From an uncultured Acidobacteriota bacterium (GTDB taxonomy: Bacteria > Acidobacteriota > Terriglobia > Acidiferrales > UBA7541): 64,000 nucleotides of DNA. Made by a program: the position numbers and the translations under genes. This document shows positions 47,244 through 56,639 of the stretch, one piece after another. The notes under the pieces were generated by a model that worked only from the letters and a program-made list of their open reading frames with translations, did no database searches and was not told where the DNA came from. Every line of letters starts with the position of its first letter. Position 1 is the first letter of the stretch. The stretch covers positions 347,367 through 411,366 of the forward strand of contig CAWAWE010000001.1 in assembly GCA_963785605.1 (NCBI GenBank), in the 5' to 3' direction.

Positions 47244-50200
47244 ATGGTACGCAGACAACGTTTGTGTGCGTTCGTGGTGGTGTGTGCGTTTTTTGTGTGC
47301 GTGGTGGCGGTGGTGATTGTGGGCTCGGCCGTGACGCCGAGCGCGATGGCGCAGGTGAATACTTCGACGTTGATTGGGCGGGTGACTGATCCGCAGGGAT
47401 TGGCGGTGCGCGGGGCGAAGATTACGGTGATTAATCAGGTGACGGCGGCGGAGAGGTCGATCGAGGCGGATGAGGATGGGCGATACAACCTGGTGGGATT
47501 GGCGCCGGGACAATATCGAGTGACGGTGGATGGCGGGGCGAATTTTGCGACGTTTGAGAAGAACGATGTGGTGGTGACGGTCGGCGAAGTGGTGGGGCTT
47601 TATCCGAAGCTGGATTTGCGCGGCGTGACGCAGTCGGTGACGGTGTCGGCGGAGACGGCGCCGGTGGAGACGACGAAGACGGAAGTGTCGCAGGTGATCG
47701 ATCAGCGGCGGATCGACAATTTGCCGATCAATGGGCGGAGCTACATCAATTTTACGTTGACGAATTCGCAGACGACGCGCGACGTGTCGCCGACGATTGG
47801 GCCGGCGCCGACGAGCGGACTGAATGTGGGCGGGCAGCGAGCGCGTTCGAACGAGGTGAGCGTGGATGGCGCGGACGCGGTGGACAATTCGATCAACGGA
47901 ATTCGCGCGACGGTGTCGCAGGAGGCGGTGCAGGAATTTCAGCTGATTTTGGGGGATTACAGCGCGGAGTATGGGCGCGCGACGGGCGGCGTGATCAATA
48001 TTGTGACGAAGAGCGGCGGGAACGATGTGCATGGCGATGTGTTTGGATATTTGCGGAACAAATCGTTTCAGGCGCGGAATGCGTTTTCGGGGCAGGTTGA
48101 TCCGACGACGGGAGAGCTTGATCCGACGAAGCAGGCGTTCACGCGAGTGCAGGCGGGGGCGACGATCGGCGGGGCGATTCGAAAAGATAAAACGTTTTAC
48201 TTTTTTTCTTATGAGGACACGTTGCGGGAAGAGACGGGATTTTCGAGCATCGGAGAAGCGCAGGGCGGAGGAGGCGCGTGGGGATTGGTGCCGCTGACGC
48301 TGCCGACGCCGAGCGGGGCGGTGCCGGTGCAGTTGACGGCGGGACAGGCGAGCACGGTGCAAGCGCTGCTGACGAGCGGAGTGCCGGCGTATCAATCGTT
48401 GGCGGTGCAATACGGGTTGCTGTTGGGGTCGGCGTCGAGCGTGGCGCTGAACAAATTGGATTTTGGCGCGGTGTCGGCGGGATTGTCTGGCGGGACGTTG
48501 TCGCCGGGGCCGGGCGCGCAATTTCCGGTGCCGGTGTCGTGTCCGCTGGGCGCGACGGTGAATGCTGTGGTGTGCAATGGGTTTGCGGCGGTTGGGGCGG
48601 GAGGCGCGGTCGTGCCGGCGGGAGTGGCGCCGCTGCCTGGATCGTATGTGGGGCTGAATTCGCTGCGCGGAAATTTTCCGGTGACGGAGAAGACGAGTTT
48701 GTGGTCGGGGCGGCTCGATCAGAACTGGAATGCTCATCAGCATTCGTTTTTGCGCGTGGGAGTTTCGCCGTCGCTGGAGACGGGGATTGAATCGACGGCG
48801 CAGAACCAGGTGTTTGGGCAGAATGCGGGGTCGCGGACGGGGGTGAATCAGTCGCGCGATGTGTCGGGGACATTTCAGCACGACACGATTTTCAACGATA
48901 CGACGTTCAATCAATTTCGATTTCAGTTTGCGCGACGCGGATTGCATTTTGGATTTTCGGAACTGCCGGGCGGAAGCGATATCGGCGTGAACATTCCGGG
49001 GTACGCGTATTTCGGGCGTGAGCCTTATTCGACGGTGGATCGGATCGAGCGGAGATTTCAGACGACGGACAACGTGACGATCGTGCATCGGGCGCATACG
49101 TTTAAGTTGGGCGTGGATGTGAATTTCGTGCAACTGCGATCGGGGAAGCAGCAGATTTTTGAATTGGATTATGGCGGGGATGTGAATTTTGGCGGGCTGG
49201 CGGTGTCGAATTTTGGGCTGCCGGATTCGGTAACGCTGCCGAGCGGGCAGGCGGTGCAATTGTTTGGCGCGACGGGATTGCAGTCGTATGGGCTGGGGAT
49301 TCCGACGACGTACATTCAGGGGATTGGGCAATCGAATCAGCCGTTTGATAACGATGTGTTTGCGTTTTTTGCGCAGGATAGCTGGCGGGTGAATCGGAAG
49401 CTGACGCTGAATTACGGCGTGCGGTATGACGTGGAGCTGACGCCGAATTTTGCGCCGGCGACGGCGGTGAATGCAGCGGCGGAGAATGCGCTTGGAGTGG
49501 TTGAGGGGATTCCGCGCGATACGAATAATTTGGCGCCGCGGATTGGGATTGCGTGGGATCCGAAGGGCGACGGGCGGACGGTGGTGCGCGCGGGGTATGG
49601 GCTTTTCTACGATCATCCGCTGCTGGCGATTGCGTTTGATGCGGCGACGGCGGATGGCGGGCGATCGGTGCAGCTTATTTCGGCGGGAGGGACTTCGTCG
49701 GCGTGCGGATTGATTCCGGGGAGCACGACGTGCGGGACGCTGGATTCGCCGACGAATTTGAATGGGTCGACGATATTTCAGGGCGTGCTTAATGCGCTGC
49801 CGAGCATGGGGTATTTGCCGAATCAGCAGAGGTTCGATCCGTTTCAGCCGAATTCGTTGTTTGCGAATCAGAATTATTTGACGGCGGGATTTCCGTTGCC
49901 GATTTTGCCTTTTGTGTTGCCGGTGGCGAAGAATTTTCAGTTTGGATACGCACAGCAGGCGAATCTGACGATCGAGCGGCAGATCGCTGGGTCGTGGACG
50001 ATCAGCGTGGGGTATCAGTACACGCGCGGGCTGCATTTGTACCGGCCGGTGGATATTAATTCGACTGATCCGCAATTGCTGACGCAAAATTTGCAGAATG
50101 CGGATGCGGCGGGGCTTGGATTTACGAGTCCGGTGACGGTGGTGGCGCCTGGGGCGAATGTGGCGCCGACGGCGACGACTTGCGGAGTGGGAGTGGTTGC

Positions 50201-51197
50201 GCCGAGCGTGCTGGGACAATTGTTCGGATGTCCGGGACCGGCCGCGGCTTTGAATGGGCAGTATGTGGGGACGCCGGCGTTTTTTAATTTTTTCAGGCCG
50301 TCGGGACCGAATCCGTCGTTTGCGGGGCAGGTGCCGGGAGGGTATGGGACGCAGGTGCAGCTTGCGAAGTTGGCGGGGTATCCGGGCGGATATGGCGTGC
50401 CGGTGCCGTTTAATTCGGTGGATGCGCAGCTTTCGGATGGGAGTTCGATTTATCACGGGCTGACGGTGAATGTGCAGAAGAGGTTTGGGCACTCGTTCGA
50501 ATTGCTGTCGAGCTATACGTATTCGCACACGATTGACGATTCGACGGATTTGCAGTCGCCGCTGGAGCCGCAGGACAGCCGCTTCCCTTTTTACGAGCGA
50601 GGGAATTCGGATTTCGATCAGCGGCACCGGTGGGTGACGAGCGGAGTGATTACGTCGGCGAGCGCACGTGGCGGCGATTCGATGTGGAAGCATCTGGTGG
50701 CGGATTTTACGGTGGCGCCGATTATCGAGGTTTCGTCGGGGCGGCCGTATACGGTGATCACGGGGACGGACTATCGGTTGGATTTGGGGGCGTCGAACGG
50801 GCGGCCGTCGGTGGGATCGACGGGGCCGACGGCGGTGTCGCCATTTTTGCCGGGAGTGACGTTCGAAACGCCGACGTCGTGTTTGACGAATGCGGGGACG
50901 CAGTTCACGGTGGCGGGGATTGCGCCGCCGTTGGGGTGCATTGGGAATTTGGGGCGGAATACGTATGTGACGCCGGGATTTTTTCAGTTGGATTTGAGGT
51001 TGTCGCGGCGGTTTCCGTTGGGGGAAAGATTTAAATTGGATGCGATTGCGGATGCGTTTAATTTGACGAACCGGTTGAATGTGGCGGCGGTGAATCAGTT
51101 GTGCGATCCGGGGTCGGGTACGACGTGCGCGGCGGGGCAGCCGACTGCGGCGTATGATGCGCGGCAGTTTCAGTTTGCGTTGAAGTTGATTTGGTAG
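47244..51197 (+). CDS. TonB-dependent receptor with an N-terminal carboxypeptidase-regulatory-like domain
   Basis: The ATG at 47244 lies 7 nt after GGAGG. The signal sequence is MVRRQRLCAFVVVCAFFVCVVAVVIVGSAVTPSAMA. LIGRVTDPQGLAVRGAKITVINQ..DGRYNLVGLAPGQYRV is the CarboxypepD_reg domain. The plug region is IDNLPINGRSYINFTL..VSVDGADAVDN. A long beta-barrel ends in ..RQFQFALKLIW, with an aromatic C-terminal residue. Confidence 0.9.
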   Translation: MVRRQRLCAFVVVCAFFVCVVAVVIVGSAVTPSAMAQVNTSTLIGRVTDPQGLAVRGAKITVINQVTAAERSIEADEDGRYNLVGLAPGQYRVTVDGGANFATFEKNDVVVTVGEVVGLYPKLDLRGVTQSVTVSAETAPVETTKTEVSQVIDQRRIDNLPINGRSYINFTLTNSQTTRDVSPTIGPAPTSGLNVGGQRARSNEVSVDGADAVDNSINGIRATVSQEAVQEFQLILGDYSAEYGRATGGVINIVTKSGGNDVHGDVFGYLRNKSFQARNAFSGQVDPTTGELDPTKQAFTRVQAGATIGGAIRKDKTFYFFSYEDTLREETGFSSIGEAQGGGGAWGLVPLTLPTPSGAVPVQLTAGQASTVQALLTSGVPAYQSLAVQYGLLLGSASSVALNKLDFGAVSAGLSGGTLSPGPGAQFPVPVSCPLGATVNAVVCNGFAAVGAGGAVVPAGVAPLPGSYVGLNSLRGNFPVTEKTSLWSGRLDQNWNAHQHSFLRVGVSPSLETGIESTAQNQVFGQNAGSRTGVNQSRDVSGTFQHDTIFNDTTFNQFRFQFARRGLHFGFSELPGGSDIGVNIPGYAYFGREPYSTVDRIERRFQTTDNVTIVHRAHTFKLGVDVNFVQLRSGKQQIFELDYGGDVNFGGLAVSNFGLPDSVTLPSGQAVQLFGATGLQSYGLGIPTTYIQGIGQSNQPFDNDVFAFFAQDSWRVNRKLTLNYGVRYDVELTPNFAPATAVNAAAENALGVVEGIPRDTNNLAPRIGIAWDPKGDGRTVVRAGYGLFYDHPLLAIAFDAATADGGRSVQLISAGGTSSACGLIPGSTTCGTLDSPTNLNGSTIFQGVLNALPSMGYLPNQQRFDPFQPNSLFANQNYLTAGFPLPILPFVLPVAKNFQFGYAQQANLTIERQIAGSWTISVGYQYTRGLHLYRPVDINSTDPQLLTQNLQNADAAGLGFTSPVTVVAPGANVAPTATTCGVGVVAPSVLGQLFGCPGPAAALNGQYVGTPAFFNFFRPSGPNPSFAGQVPGGYGTQVQLAKLAGYPGGYGVPVPFNSVDAQLSDGSSIYHGLTVNVQKRFGHSFELLSSYTYSHTIDDSTDLQSPLEPQDSRFPFYERGNSDFDQRHRWVTSGVITSASARGGDSMWKHLVADFTVAPIIEVSSGRPYTVITGTDYRLDLGASNGRPSVGSTGPTAVSPFLPGVTFETPTSCLTNAGTQFTVAGIAPPLGCIGNLGRNTYVTPGFFQLDLRLSRRFPLGERFKLDAIADAFNLTNRLNVAAVNQLCDPGSGTTCAAGQPTAAYDARQFQFALKLIW

Positions 51198-51220
51198 CTT
51201 GGGTCGAAGAAGAACAATCT

Positions 51221-51279
51221 AACGCAGAGACGCAGAGTGCGCAGAGGAGCGCGGAGACGAGGCGCCGGCGACGCCTCGT
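51221..51279 (+). repeat. Tandem CGCAGAG heptad-like repeats followed by a GC hairpin (repeat family F)
   Basis: The tandem part is aaCGCAGAGaCGCAGAGtgCGCAGAGgagCGCGGAG. The hairpin ACGAGGCG-ccggcga-CGCCTCGT (51257-51279) follows. Confidence 0.6.
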
Positions 51280-51402
51280 GCTTCCGTTGCGTAGATAAGC
51301 AACTTCGGTGGATTTTTAGAAATTGGGGAAGGCGCGTAGAGTATTTAGGGTGTACATGGTGGCGTTGTTGCAACGGTTTGTGATTCGGGGAGATTGAAAT
51401 AG

Positions 51403-52536
51403 ATGGAAGCAGTGCTGATTGGGATCGTGATTTTGCTGGCGGGGCTGGTGGTGTGGCTCGTGCTGCAGAATTCGAAGAGTTCGAAGAGCGATGGCGCGGT
51501 CGGGACGGAGGTTGCGGAGTTGCGGCGCGATTTGCAGACGATTGCTAGTGCGCAGGCGCAGACGGCGGGGAGTATTCAGGCGATTTCGCAGAGCGTGACG
51601 CAGCGGCTGGATGGAGTGTCTACGGCGTTGCGGGAAGGCGTCACGAATTCTGCACAGATTGCTTCGGCGGGACAATCGGCGATTGCGAATGAGTTGAAGA
51701 ATACGCGGGAGCAGATTGGATTGATTCAGAAGCAGCTTGGCGAGGTGAATGAGCAAAGCCGCGGATTGTCGCAGGCTACGAAGTCGCTGGAGATGGTACT
51801 CGGCGGGGCGAAGACGCGCGGACTGCTGGGCGAAGTGACGCTGCAACGGATGCTGGAGGATTCGTTGCCGCCGTCGCAGTTTGCGATGCAGTATCGATTC
51901 AGCAGCGGCGAAGTGGCGGATGCGGTGATTTTTCTGCGCGACGAGAAACTGATGGCGGTAGATTCGAAATTTCCGCTGGAGGCGTTTCGGCGGATTGCGA
52001 ACGACGGGGACGAGGCGCGACGGGCGTTTGCCACGGCGGTGAAGGGGCATGCGGATTCGATCTCGAAGAAATATATTGTGCCGGGCGAAGGGACGCTGGA
52101 TGTGGCGTTGATGTTTGTGCCGTCGGAGAACGTGTATTGCGAGATGCTGAGTACCACCGATAATCGCGGCGTGCAGATCGACGAGTATTGCCGGAGCAAG
52201 AATATTGTGGCGGTGTCGCCGAACTCGCTGTACGCGCACTTGTGCGTGATTGCGATGGGATTGAAGGGGATGCAGATTGAGGAGAACGCCAAACGGTTGC
52301 TGGCGAATCTGAACGGCGTGAACAAGAATTTGGGGACGTTTGCGGAAGTGTTTGAGAAGTTGGGGACGCATCTGAAGAATGCGCAGCAGAGTTATGGTGA
52401 GGCGGACAGAAGATTTGAGAAGGCCCAGAATACGCTGGAGAATGTGTTGAGTGGGGGGACGCCGGTGGCGGCGATTGAGGGAGAGCAGTTGGCGTTGGGG
52501 ATTGGGGCTTCGGTGTCGCGGGGAAATGGGAAGTGA
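51403..52536 (+). CDS. rmuC: DNA recombination protein RmuC
   Basis: 377 aa. It has an N-terminal TM helix, a coiled coil, and then the RmuC nuclease-like core: ..RGLLGEVTLQRMLEDSLPPSQFAMQYRF..ADAVIFLRDEKLMAVDSKFPLEAF..MFVPSENVY..IVAVSPNSLYAHL. Confidence 0.9.
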   Translation: MEAVLIGIVILLAGLVVWLVLQNSKSSKSDGAVGTEVAELRRDLQTIASAQAQTAGSIQAISQSVTQRLDGVSTALREGVTNSAQIASAGQSAIANELKNTREQIGLIQKQLGEVNEQSRGLSQATKSLEMVLGGAKTRGLLGEVTLQRMLEDSLPPSQFAMQYRFSSGEVADAVIFLRDEKLMAVDSKFPLEAFRRIANDGDEARRAFATAVKGHADSISKKYIVPGEGTLDVALMFVPSENVYCEMLSTTDNRGVQIDEYCRSKNIVAVSPNSLYAHLCVIAMGLKGMQIEENAKRLLANLNGVNKNLGTFAEVFEKLGTHLKNAQQSYGEADRRFEKAQNTLENVLSGGTPVAAIEGEQLALGIGASVSRGNGK

Positions 52537-52585
52537 TGGGCGCGGTTGAGGGTGCACGACGGATGGGTTCGTGGATGGGCTTAGG

Positions 52586-52614
52586 CTGAGATCCTTCGCT
52601 TCGCTCAGGATGAC
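52586..52614 (+). repeat. REP-like family E copy
   Basis: ctgagatccttcgcttcgctcaggatgac. Confidence 0.7.
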
Positions 52615-52689
52615 ACGCACTTAAAGCGGTGCTCGGCGCAAAAAAAACGGCGATTGTCGCGTGCGTTCCTGCCTCGACTAAAGAAAGCA

Positions 52690-52714
52690 GATTCCTCACT
52701 TCGTTCGGAATGAC
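52690..52714 (+). repeat. REP-like family E copy (variant)
   Basis: gattcctcacttcgttcggaatgac. Confidence 0.6.
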
Positions 52715-52790
52715 AGAGTATTTGTGATTTGCGAAGTTGGATAGAGCGTGCTGTAGCGGAATTTGTGGCTCTTTGGATTTTACGTTCGGT

Positions 52791-52837
52791 GGTGCGGTGT
52801 GGGAAAAACGCCGGCGGGACGCCGGCGCTACCGGGAG
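52791..52837 (+). repeat. REP-like family B copy, abutting the Ku stop codon
   Basis: ggtgcggtgtgggaaaaacgccggcgggacgccggcgctaccgggag. Confidence 0.75.
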
Positions 52838-53692
52838 CTAGCTGGCTTTGCGGCGGTGTGGGTCGATGGTGGTGCGGCGGGCTGGCTTTTTCTCGCGGCT
52901 GCCATCGGCGGCGTGTTTTTGCGAAGAGGATTGGGCGAGGCTGCGTTTTAGGGCTTCCATCATGTCGATGACGCGGGCTGGTTTGGGTTGCTCTTCGGCG
53001 ATTACTTCTCTGCCCTTCTGCTTGGCTTCGATCAGGGCTTTCAGATTTTCTTGAAATTTATCGTGGAATTCCTGCGGACGAAAGTCGGCGGCGAGGCTTT
53101 CGACGAGTTGCTCGGCTAGTTTGATTTCGGCGGGCTTGAGCTTTACGTCTTTTTCGGCTTGGCCGTAGCCGGCGACTTCGCGGATTTCGTTCTGGTAGTA
53201 CATGGTGTGGACGGTGAGGCCGTTTTTGCGGGGGCGGATGAAGACGGTGTATTCGCGCTGATGCATGGTGACGGTGGCGATGCCGACGCGGTTGCTGTCT
53301 TCGAGCGTTTTCAGGAGAAGCGCGTACGGCTTCTCGGCGTCTTTGTCGGGCATCATGAAATACGAAGCGTCGAAATAAATCGGGTCGATCTGATCCTGTT
53401 TCACGAACGCGACTAGCTCCATGACCGTGCTGGAGCGCGGCGTGATTTTCTTCAACTCTTCGTCGCTGACGATGACGTATTGTCCTTTTTCGTATTCGTA
53501 GCCTTTGACGACTTCATCGCGCTCGACCTGACGATTGCAATGCGGGCAGAAGAGCGGCTGCTTGAGGCGGGTGTGGCACTTTTTGTGGAGTTGATGGAGA
53601 TTGATTCGCTGGCTGCGCGCTGCGGTGTAGAGCTTGATGGGAATCGCGAGCAAACCGAAGGTGAGAGTTCCCTTCCAAACCGAGCTGGCCAT
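52838..53692 (-). CDS. ku: Ku protein (non-homologous end joining)
   Basis: The ATG at 53692 lies 9 nt after GGAGG. The sequence is MASSVWKGTLTFGLLAIPIKLYTAARSQRINLHQLHKKCHTRLKQPLFCPHCNRQVERDEVVKGYEY..YFDASYFMMPD... The tail is basic. The product is 284 aa. Confidence 0.9.
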   Translation of the reverse strand: MASSVWKGTLTFGLLAIPIKLYTAARSQRINLHQLHKKCHTRLKQPLFCPHCNRQVERDEVVKGYEYEKGQYVIVSDEELKKITPRSSTVMELVAFVKQDQIDPIYFDASYFMMPDKDAEKPYALLLKTLEDSNRVGIATVTMHQREYTVFIRPRKNGLTVHTMYYQNEIREVAGYGQAEKDVKLKPAEIKLAEQLVESLAADFRPQEFHDKFQENLKALIEAKQKGREVIAEEQPKPARVIDMMEALKRSLAQSSSQKHAADGSREKKPARRTTIDPHRRKAS

Positions 53693-53839
53693 GCGGAAAA
53701 CCTCCAATGTTGATGCTATGGAACGAGCAGCCGGCAGCAATCGGGTAATCACGGTACCCGCTTAGTACCGGGCCGGGGCTCGCACAAGGGCGATTGCTGA
53801 TGTAAAATACCACCACCTCGGCCCATTGGAACGCCGTCA

Positions 53840-54190
53840 ATGGAAAAAGAAAGACGAAAGACGCCCAGGTTCCAGTTCATTGCCCCCGCGGAACTGGTGT
53901 GTGAGAAGTCGGGCGATAGAATTCAGTCGTGGGTGGCGGATTTGGGACTGCACGGTTGCGCGGTGACGGCAAAGAATGCGCCGCGACGCGGAACCGTGGT
54001 GAGCATGAAGATCGGGCACACGCCGCGAGAGACGATGCTGGCGAGGGCGGTGGTTGTGCATTCGGTGCAAGAGCGCGTGGGGATACGATTTTTAGCGGTG
54101 ACGCCGGGGTCGTTGGAGATGCTGGCGAAGTGGTTGTCGAAGGCGAAGTTTCCGGTGCGGAGGAAGAGCGCGGGGGCGGGTGACGATTAG
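53840..54190 (+). CDS. Stand-alone PilZ-domain protein
   Basis: 116 aa. RKTPR supplies the RxxxR motif. DLGLHG occupies the DxSxxG position. The rest is a beta-barrel-like segment, ..VSMKIGHTPRETMLARAVVVHSVQERVGIRFLAV. Confidence 0.7.
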   Translation: MEKERRKTPRFQFIAPAELVCEKSGDRIQSWVADLGLHGCAVTAKNAPRRGTVVSMKIGHTPRETMLARAVVVHSVQERVGIRFLAVTPGSLEMLAKWLSKAKFPVRRKSAGAGDD

Positions 54191-54219
54191 AGTTTGGGAA
54201 GTTTGGGTGAAGTGATTTG

Positions 54220-54250
54220 GCCGCGCGAGTTGCGCGGCTTTTTCGTTTTT
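54220..54250 (+). terminator. Rho-independent terminator after the small PilZ gene
   Basis: GCCGCGC-gagtt-GCGCGGC is followed by TTTTTCGTTTTT. Confidence 0.75.
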
Positions 54251-54300
54251 GGAGAGGCGCGGGACGAAGGCAAGACCTCCGTCGCTGAGATCGAAGAGAG

Positions 54301-54380
54301 GTTCCTCCACTGCGCGAGCCTTCGCGTTCGCAGGAAGTGACGCGAAGAAAAGGCGTCGGCTCGCTCCGGTCGGAATGACA
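54301..54380 (+). repeat. REP-like family E related copies (two variants)
   Basis: The two variants are gttcctccactgcgcgagccttcgcgttcgcaggaagtga and gtcggctcgctccggtcggaatgaca. Confidence 0.5.
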
Positions 54381-54422
54381 GTTCTACTTTTTATTCGGCG
54401 GAAGCTATTTGGGGGCGACAGC

Positions 54423-55556
54423 TTAGTCGAACACGAGTTGGAAGTGGAAGCGCATGTCTTCGGCGTACCACATGATGTAGTTGGTGCCCCAGGCGTTGTT
54501 GAAAAGGTTGAAGTGGACGCCTTTTTCAAGTTGGGGTTGTTCGCGGGTGAAGTGGAGCGGAGATTGAACGCCGAGTGCTACGAGGGGGGCGGTGGTCGAG
54601 AGGATGTTCAGTTCGTGGCCGGATTGGTGGCAGGTGATGCGATCGTCGATAGCGTGCATGTGGCGGTTGCCGCCTTCGACGACATCGAGCGGCGAGACTT
54701 TTTGACCGCATTTCTGCATATACCAGGACTTTGGATCCTTGACCGGAGGATTGAAACTAAACCATAGGGCTTCGGGCATGCGCGTTGGTGGTTTGCCGAA
54801 CCACGATACGTCAATGTCCATGATCGGAGTGATTTTCGACAAGGTGTATTCGACGAAGATTTCTTTCGGCCAAGCGGTGGCGGGCGCTGACGGCGGAGAC
54901 TGCGATGGATCGATCTTGCCAAGCTGGGGCGCAGCGTGCTGCGCCCCTACATGTTGGTCAGAGTCGGTGCGGAATTCGAGGCGGGTGCGGATTTTTGTTT
55001 GAAATTGATCTTGGGTGATTTCGCATTGAGCGAGTGACGGCATCCAGATTTTGCTGATAGCGCCGTAGCGTTCGATGTTGGGCTTGCCGAAGTCTTTGAA
55101 GGCCCAATCTTCGGTGCTGATGACGTAGTTTTTGAAGAAGGCGTCGTAGTCGGCTTGGGAGAGCGTTTGATAGGTGAAGAGCGCGAGCGGATGATCGGGA
55201 GTAGCCCATTCTGCGTTTTTCAGAACATTACGGAGTTTGCGGATTGCGCCTGTTTTTTCGTCGAGTTGAAAATGGGTAGAGAGGCCTTTGAACTCGAGCT
55301 TGGAAATTTTGGATGAGGCGATCGGTTCGGGACGAACTGCGCCAAGCATCTCTACGCTTTGTTTTGCTTCGGCCTTCAGGTCGGGCGGAAGCGATTCGAT
55401 GGCAGCAAAGAGATCGTTGCGTTTTTCCTGCCAGCTCGATTGAACGACTTTGTAATTTTTCGTGTCGAGCATTTTCATCAAGTCGGACGGTAGGTAGTTG
55501 TCGAAATCGAGCCAGGTTTTGGTGTCTGTGCCCCAGGTGTGTTCGGCTTCGAGCAA
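54423..55556 (-). CDS. C-terminal part of a DUF5054/GH38-like glycoside-hydrolase-like protein
   Basis: 377-aa ORF. The frame is open upstream to about 55607 and reads TAKFKAGDATDVKLLRNLLLEAEHTWGTDTKTW... It continues from ORF 55574-56614 after a 1-nt frame break near 55600-55612. The family name is tentative, from memory. Confidence 0.7.
   Translation of the reverse strand: MLEAEHTWGTDTKTWLDFDNYLPSDLMKMLDTKNYKVVQSSWQEKRNDLFAAIESLPPDLKAEAKQSVEMLGAVRPEPIASSKISKLEFKGLSTHFQLDEKTGAIRKLRNVLKNAEWATPDHPLALFTYQTLSQADYDAFFKNYVISTEDWAFKDFGKPNIERYGAISKIWMPSLAQCEITQDQFQTKIRTRLEFRTDSDQHVGAQHAAPQLGKIDPSQSPPSAPATAWPKEIFVEYTLSKITPIMDIDVSWFGKPPTRMPEALWFSFNPPVKDPKSWYMQKCGQKVSPLDVVEGGNRHMHAIDDRITCHQSGHELNILSTTAPLVALGVQSPLHFTREQPQLEKGVHFNLFNNAWGTNYIMWYAEDMRFHFQLVFD
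54926..54950 (-). repeat. REP-like family A copy lying in-frame inside the CDS
   Basis: The plus-strand sequence ggggcgcagcgtgctgcgcccctac is identical in its core to the intergenic copy at 25260. It is translated on the minus strand as ..VGAQHAAPQ... Confidence 0.7.
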
Positions 55557-55573
55557 AAGGTTGCGGAGGAGTT

Positions 55574-56614
55574 TTACGTCGGTGGCGTCACCGGCTTTGA
55601 ACTTTGCCGTTCAGGATCCACGCGCTTGCGGAGGAAGCAGAGCTTGCGATAGCGCGCGACTTTCAGCGGGTCGCTGCCGATGCCGTGGATCCAGGTGTCG
55701 CCGATTTCCTGCGTGATAACGGGAAGTGCGCTTGCGTGCGGCTGAACGGCGTCGGCGATGTGAGTGAGATCGGTGGCGCGGATTTCGGCGTTGGGGAATT
55801 GCTTCCGAAGATTGAGATAGGTGGCGGCGATTTCTTCGGGGGAGTGGGGGCCGACGTTGTCGTCGGCCATGACGATGGCGTAGGCGAGGTCGGAGCCGGG
55901 GACGACTTGAATCGTGCCGTAGTGGTGGTGGTAGGAGACGACGAGTTGCGCGCCGGTGGGGTCTTGCCAGCGGAAGAGTGGAGGGAGAACGGCGGGAGTG
56001 CTGGCGTCGTTGACGCCGATGTCGAGGAATTTGACTCCGGCGGCCGCGAGAGGACTGACGATGCCGCGCGTGTGGCCGGGGACATCGGTCATTTTGGCGC
56101 CGGTGGTTTTGCGACCGAAACGATTGTCGAGCGACTGGGATAGCGCGATTGCGCCGGAGATGAGCGATGGATCCATCAGCTCGGTTTGCCAGCTGAATGG
56201 GATCGCGTGCCACGCGATGAAGTTGGACGCGATGGCTTGCTCCATTTTTTTGCGCTGCTCGGCAGAGGCCTGCTCAAGATATTCGTAGAGGAGCCAGGAG
56301 CCGGTGGTCCAGGTGTAGTTGGCGCGATCGGGGCCGTTGCCTTTGGTGCGATCGAGTTGTGCGGCGGTGTCGATGGCTTTGGGGAAAAATTCGTTGAAGT
56401 AGCGGTGGACGACGTTGGCTTGCGTGTCGATGAAGCCGGCGTCGAAGTGGCATTTGAAGACGATGAGGACGCGTTTGATTTCGGGGGATGGCGCGGACGG
56501 AGTGGCGGTTGTCGGAGCTTGAAGGAGTTTTGCTGGATCGAATGGAGTCGCGTTGGCGACCCAGGCTGTGCTGCCGGTGGCTAAAAGGGCTTCGAGGAAT
56601 TTTCGTCTGCGCAT
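55574..56614 (-). CDS. N-terminal part of the DUF5054/GH38-like protein, Tat-type leader
   Basis: 346 aa with the leader MRRRKFLEALLATGSTAWVANA. The body reads RVLIVFKCHFDAGFIDTQANVVHRYFNEFFPKAID..MTDVPGHTRGIVSPLAAAGVKFLDIGVN..ITQEIGDTWIHGIGSDPLKVARYR. Confidence 0.7.
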   Translation of the reverse strand: MRRRKFLEALLATGSTAWVANATPFDPAKLLQAPTTATPSAPSPEIKRVLIVFKCHFDAGFIDTQANVVHRYFNEFFPKAIDTAAQLDRTKGNGPDRANYTWTTGSWLLYEYLEQASAEQRKKMEQAIASNFIAWHAIPFSWQTELMDPSLISGAIALSQSLDNRFGRKTTGAKMTDVPGHTRGIVSPLAAAGVKFLDIGVNDASTPAVLPPLFRWQDPTGAQLVVSYHHHYGTIQVVPGSDLAYAIVMADDNVGPHSPEEIAATYLNLRKQFPNAEIRATDLTHIADAVQPHASALPVITQEIGDTWIHGIGSDPLKVARYRKLCFLRKRVDPERQSSKPVTPPT

Positions 56615-56639
56615 TGTTTGGCCTGGATTTGATTATCGA

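Noticed and set aside
47052-50693. A 1213-aa ORF on the minus strand, opposite the TonB-dependent receptor gene.
   Set aside because: The sequence is extremely Arg/Pro/His-rich and low in complexity, with no motifs. It is a typical antisense shadow ORF of a high-GC gene whose plus-strand product has clear receptor features.
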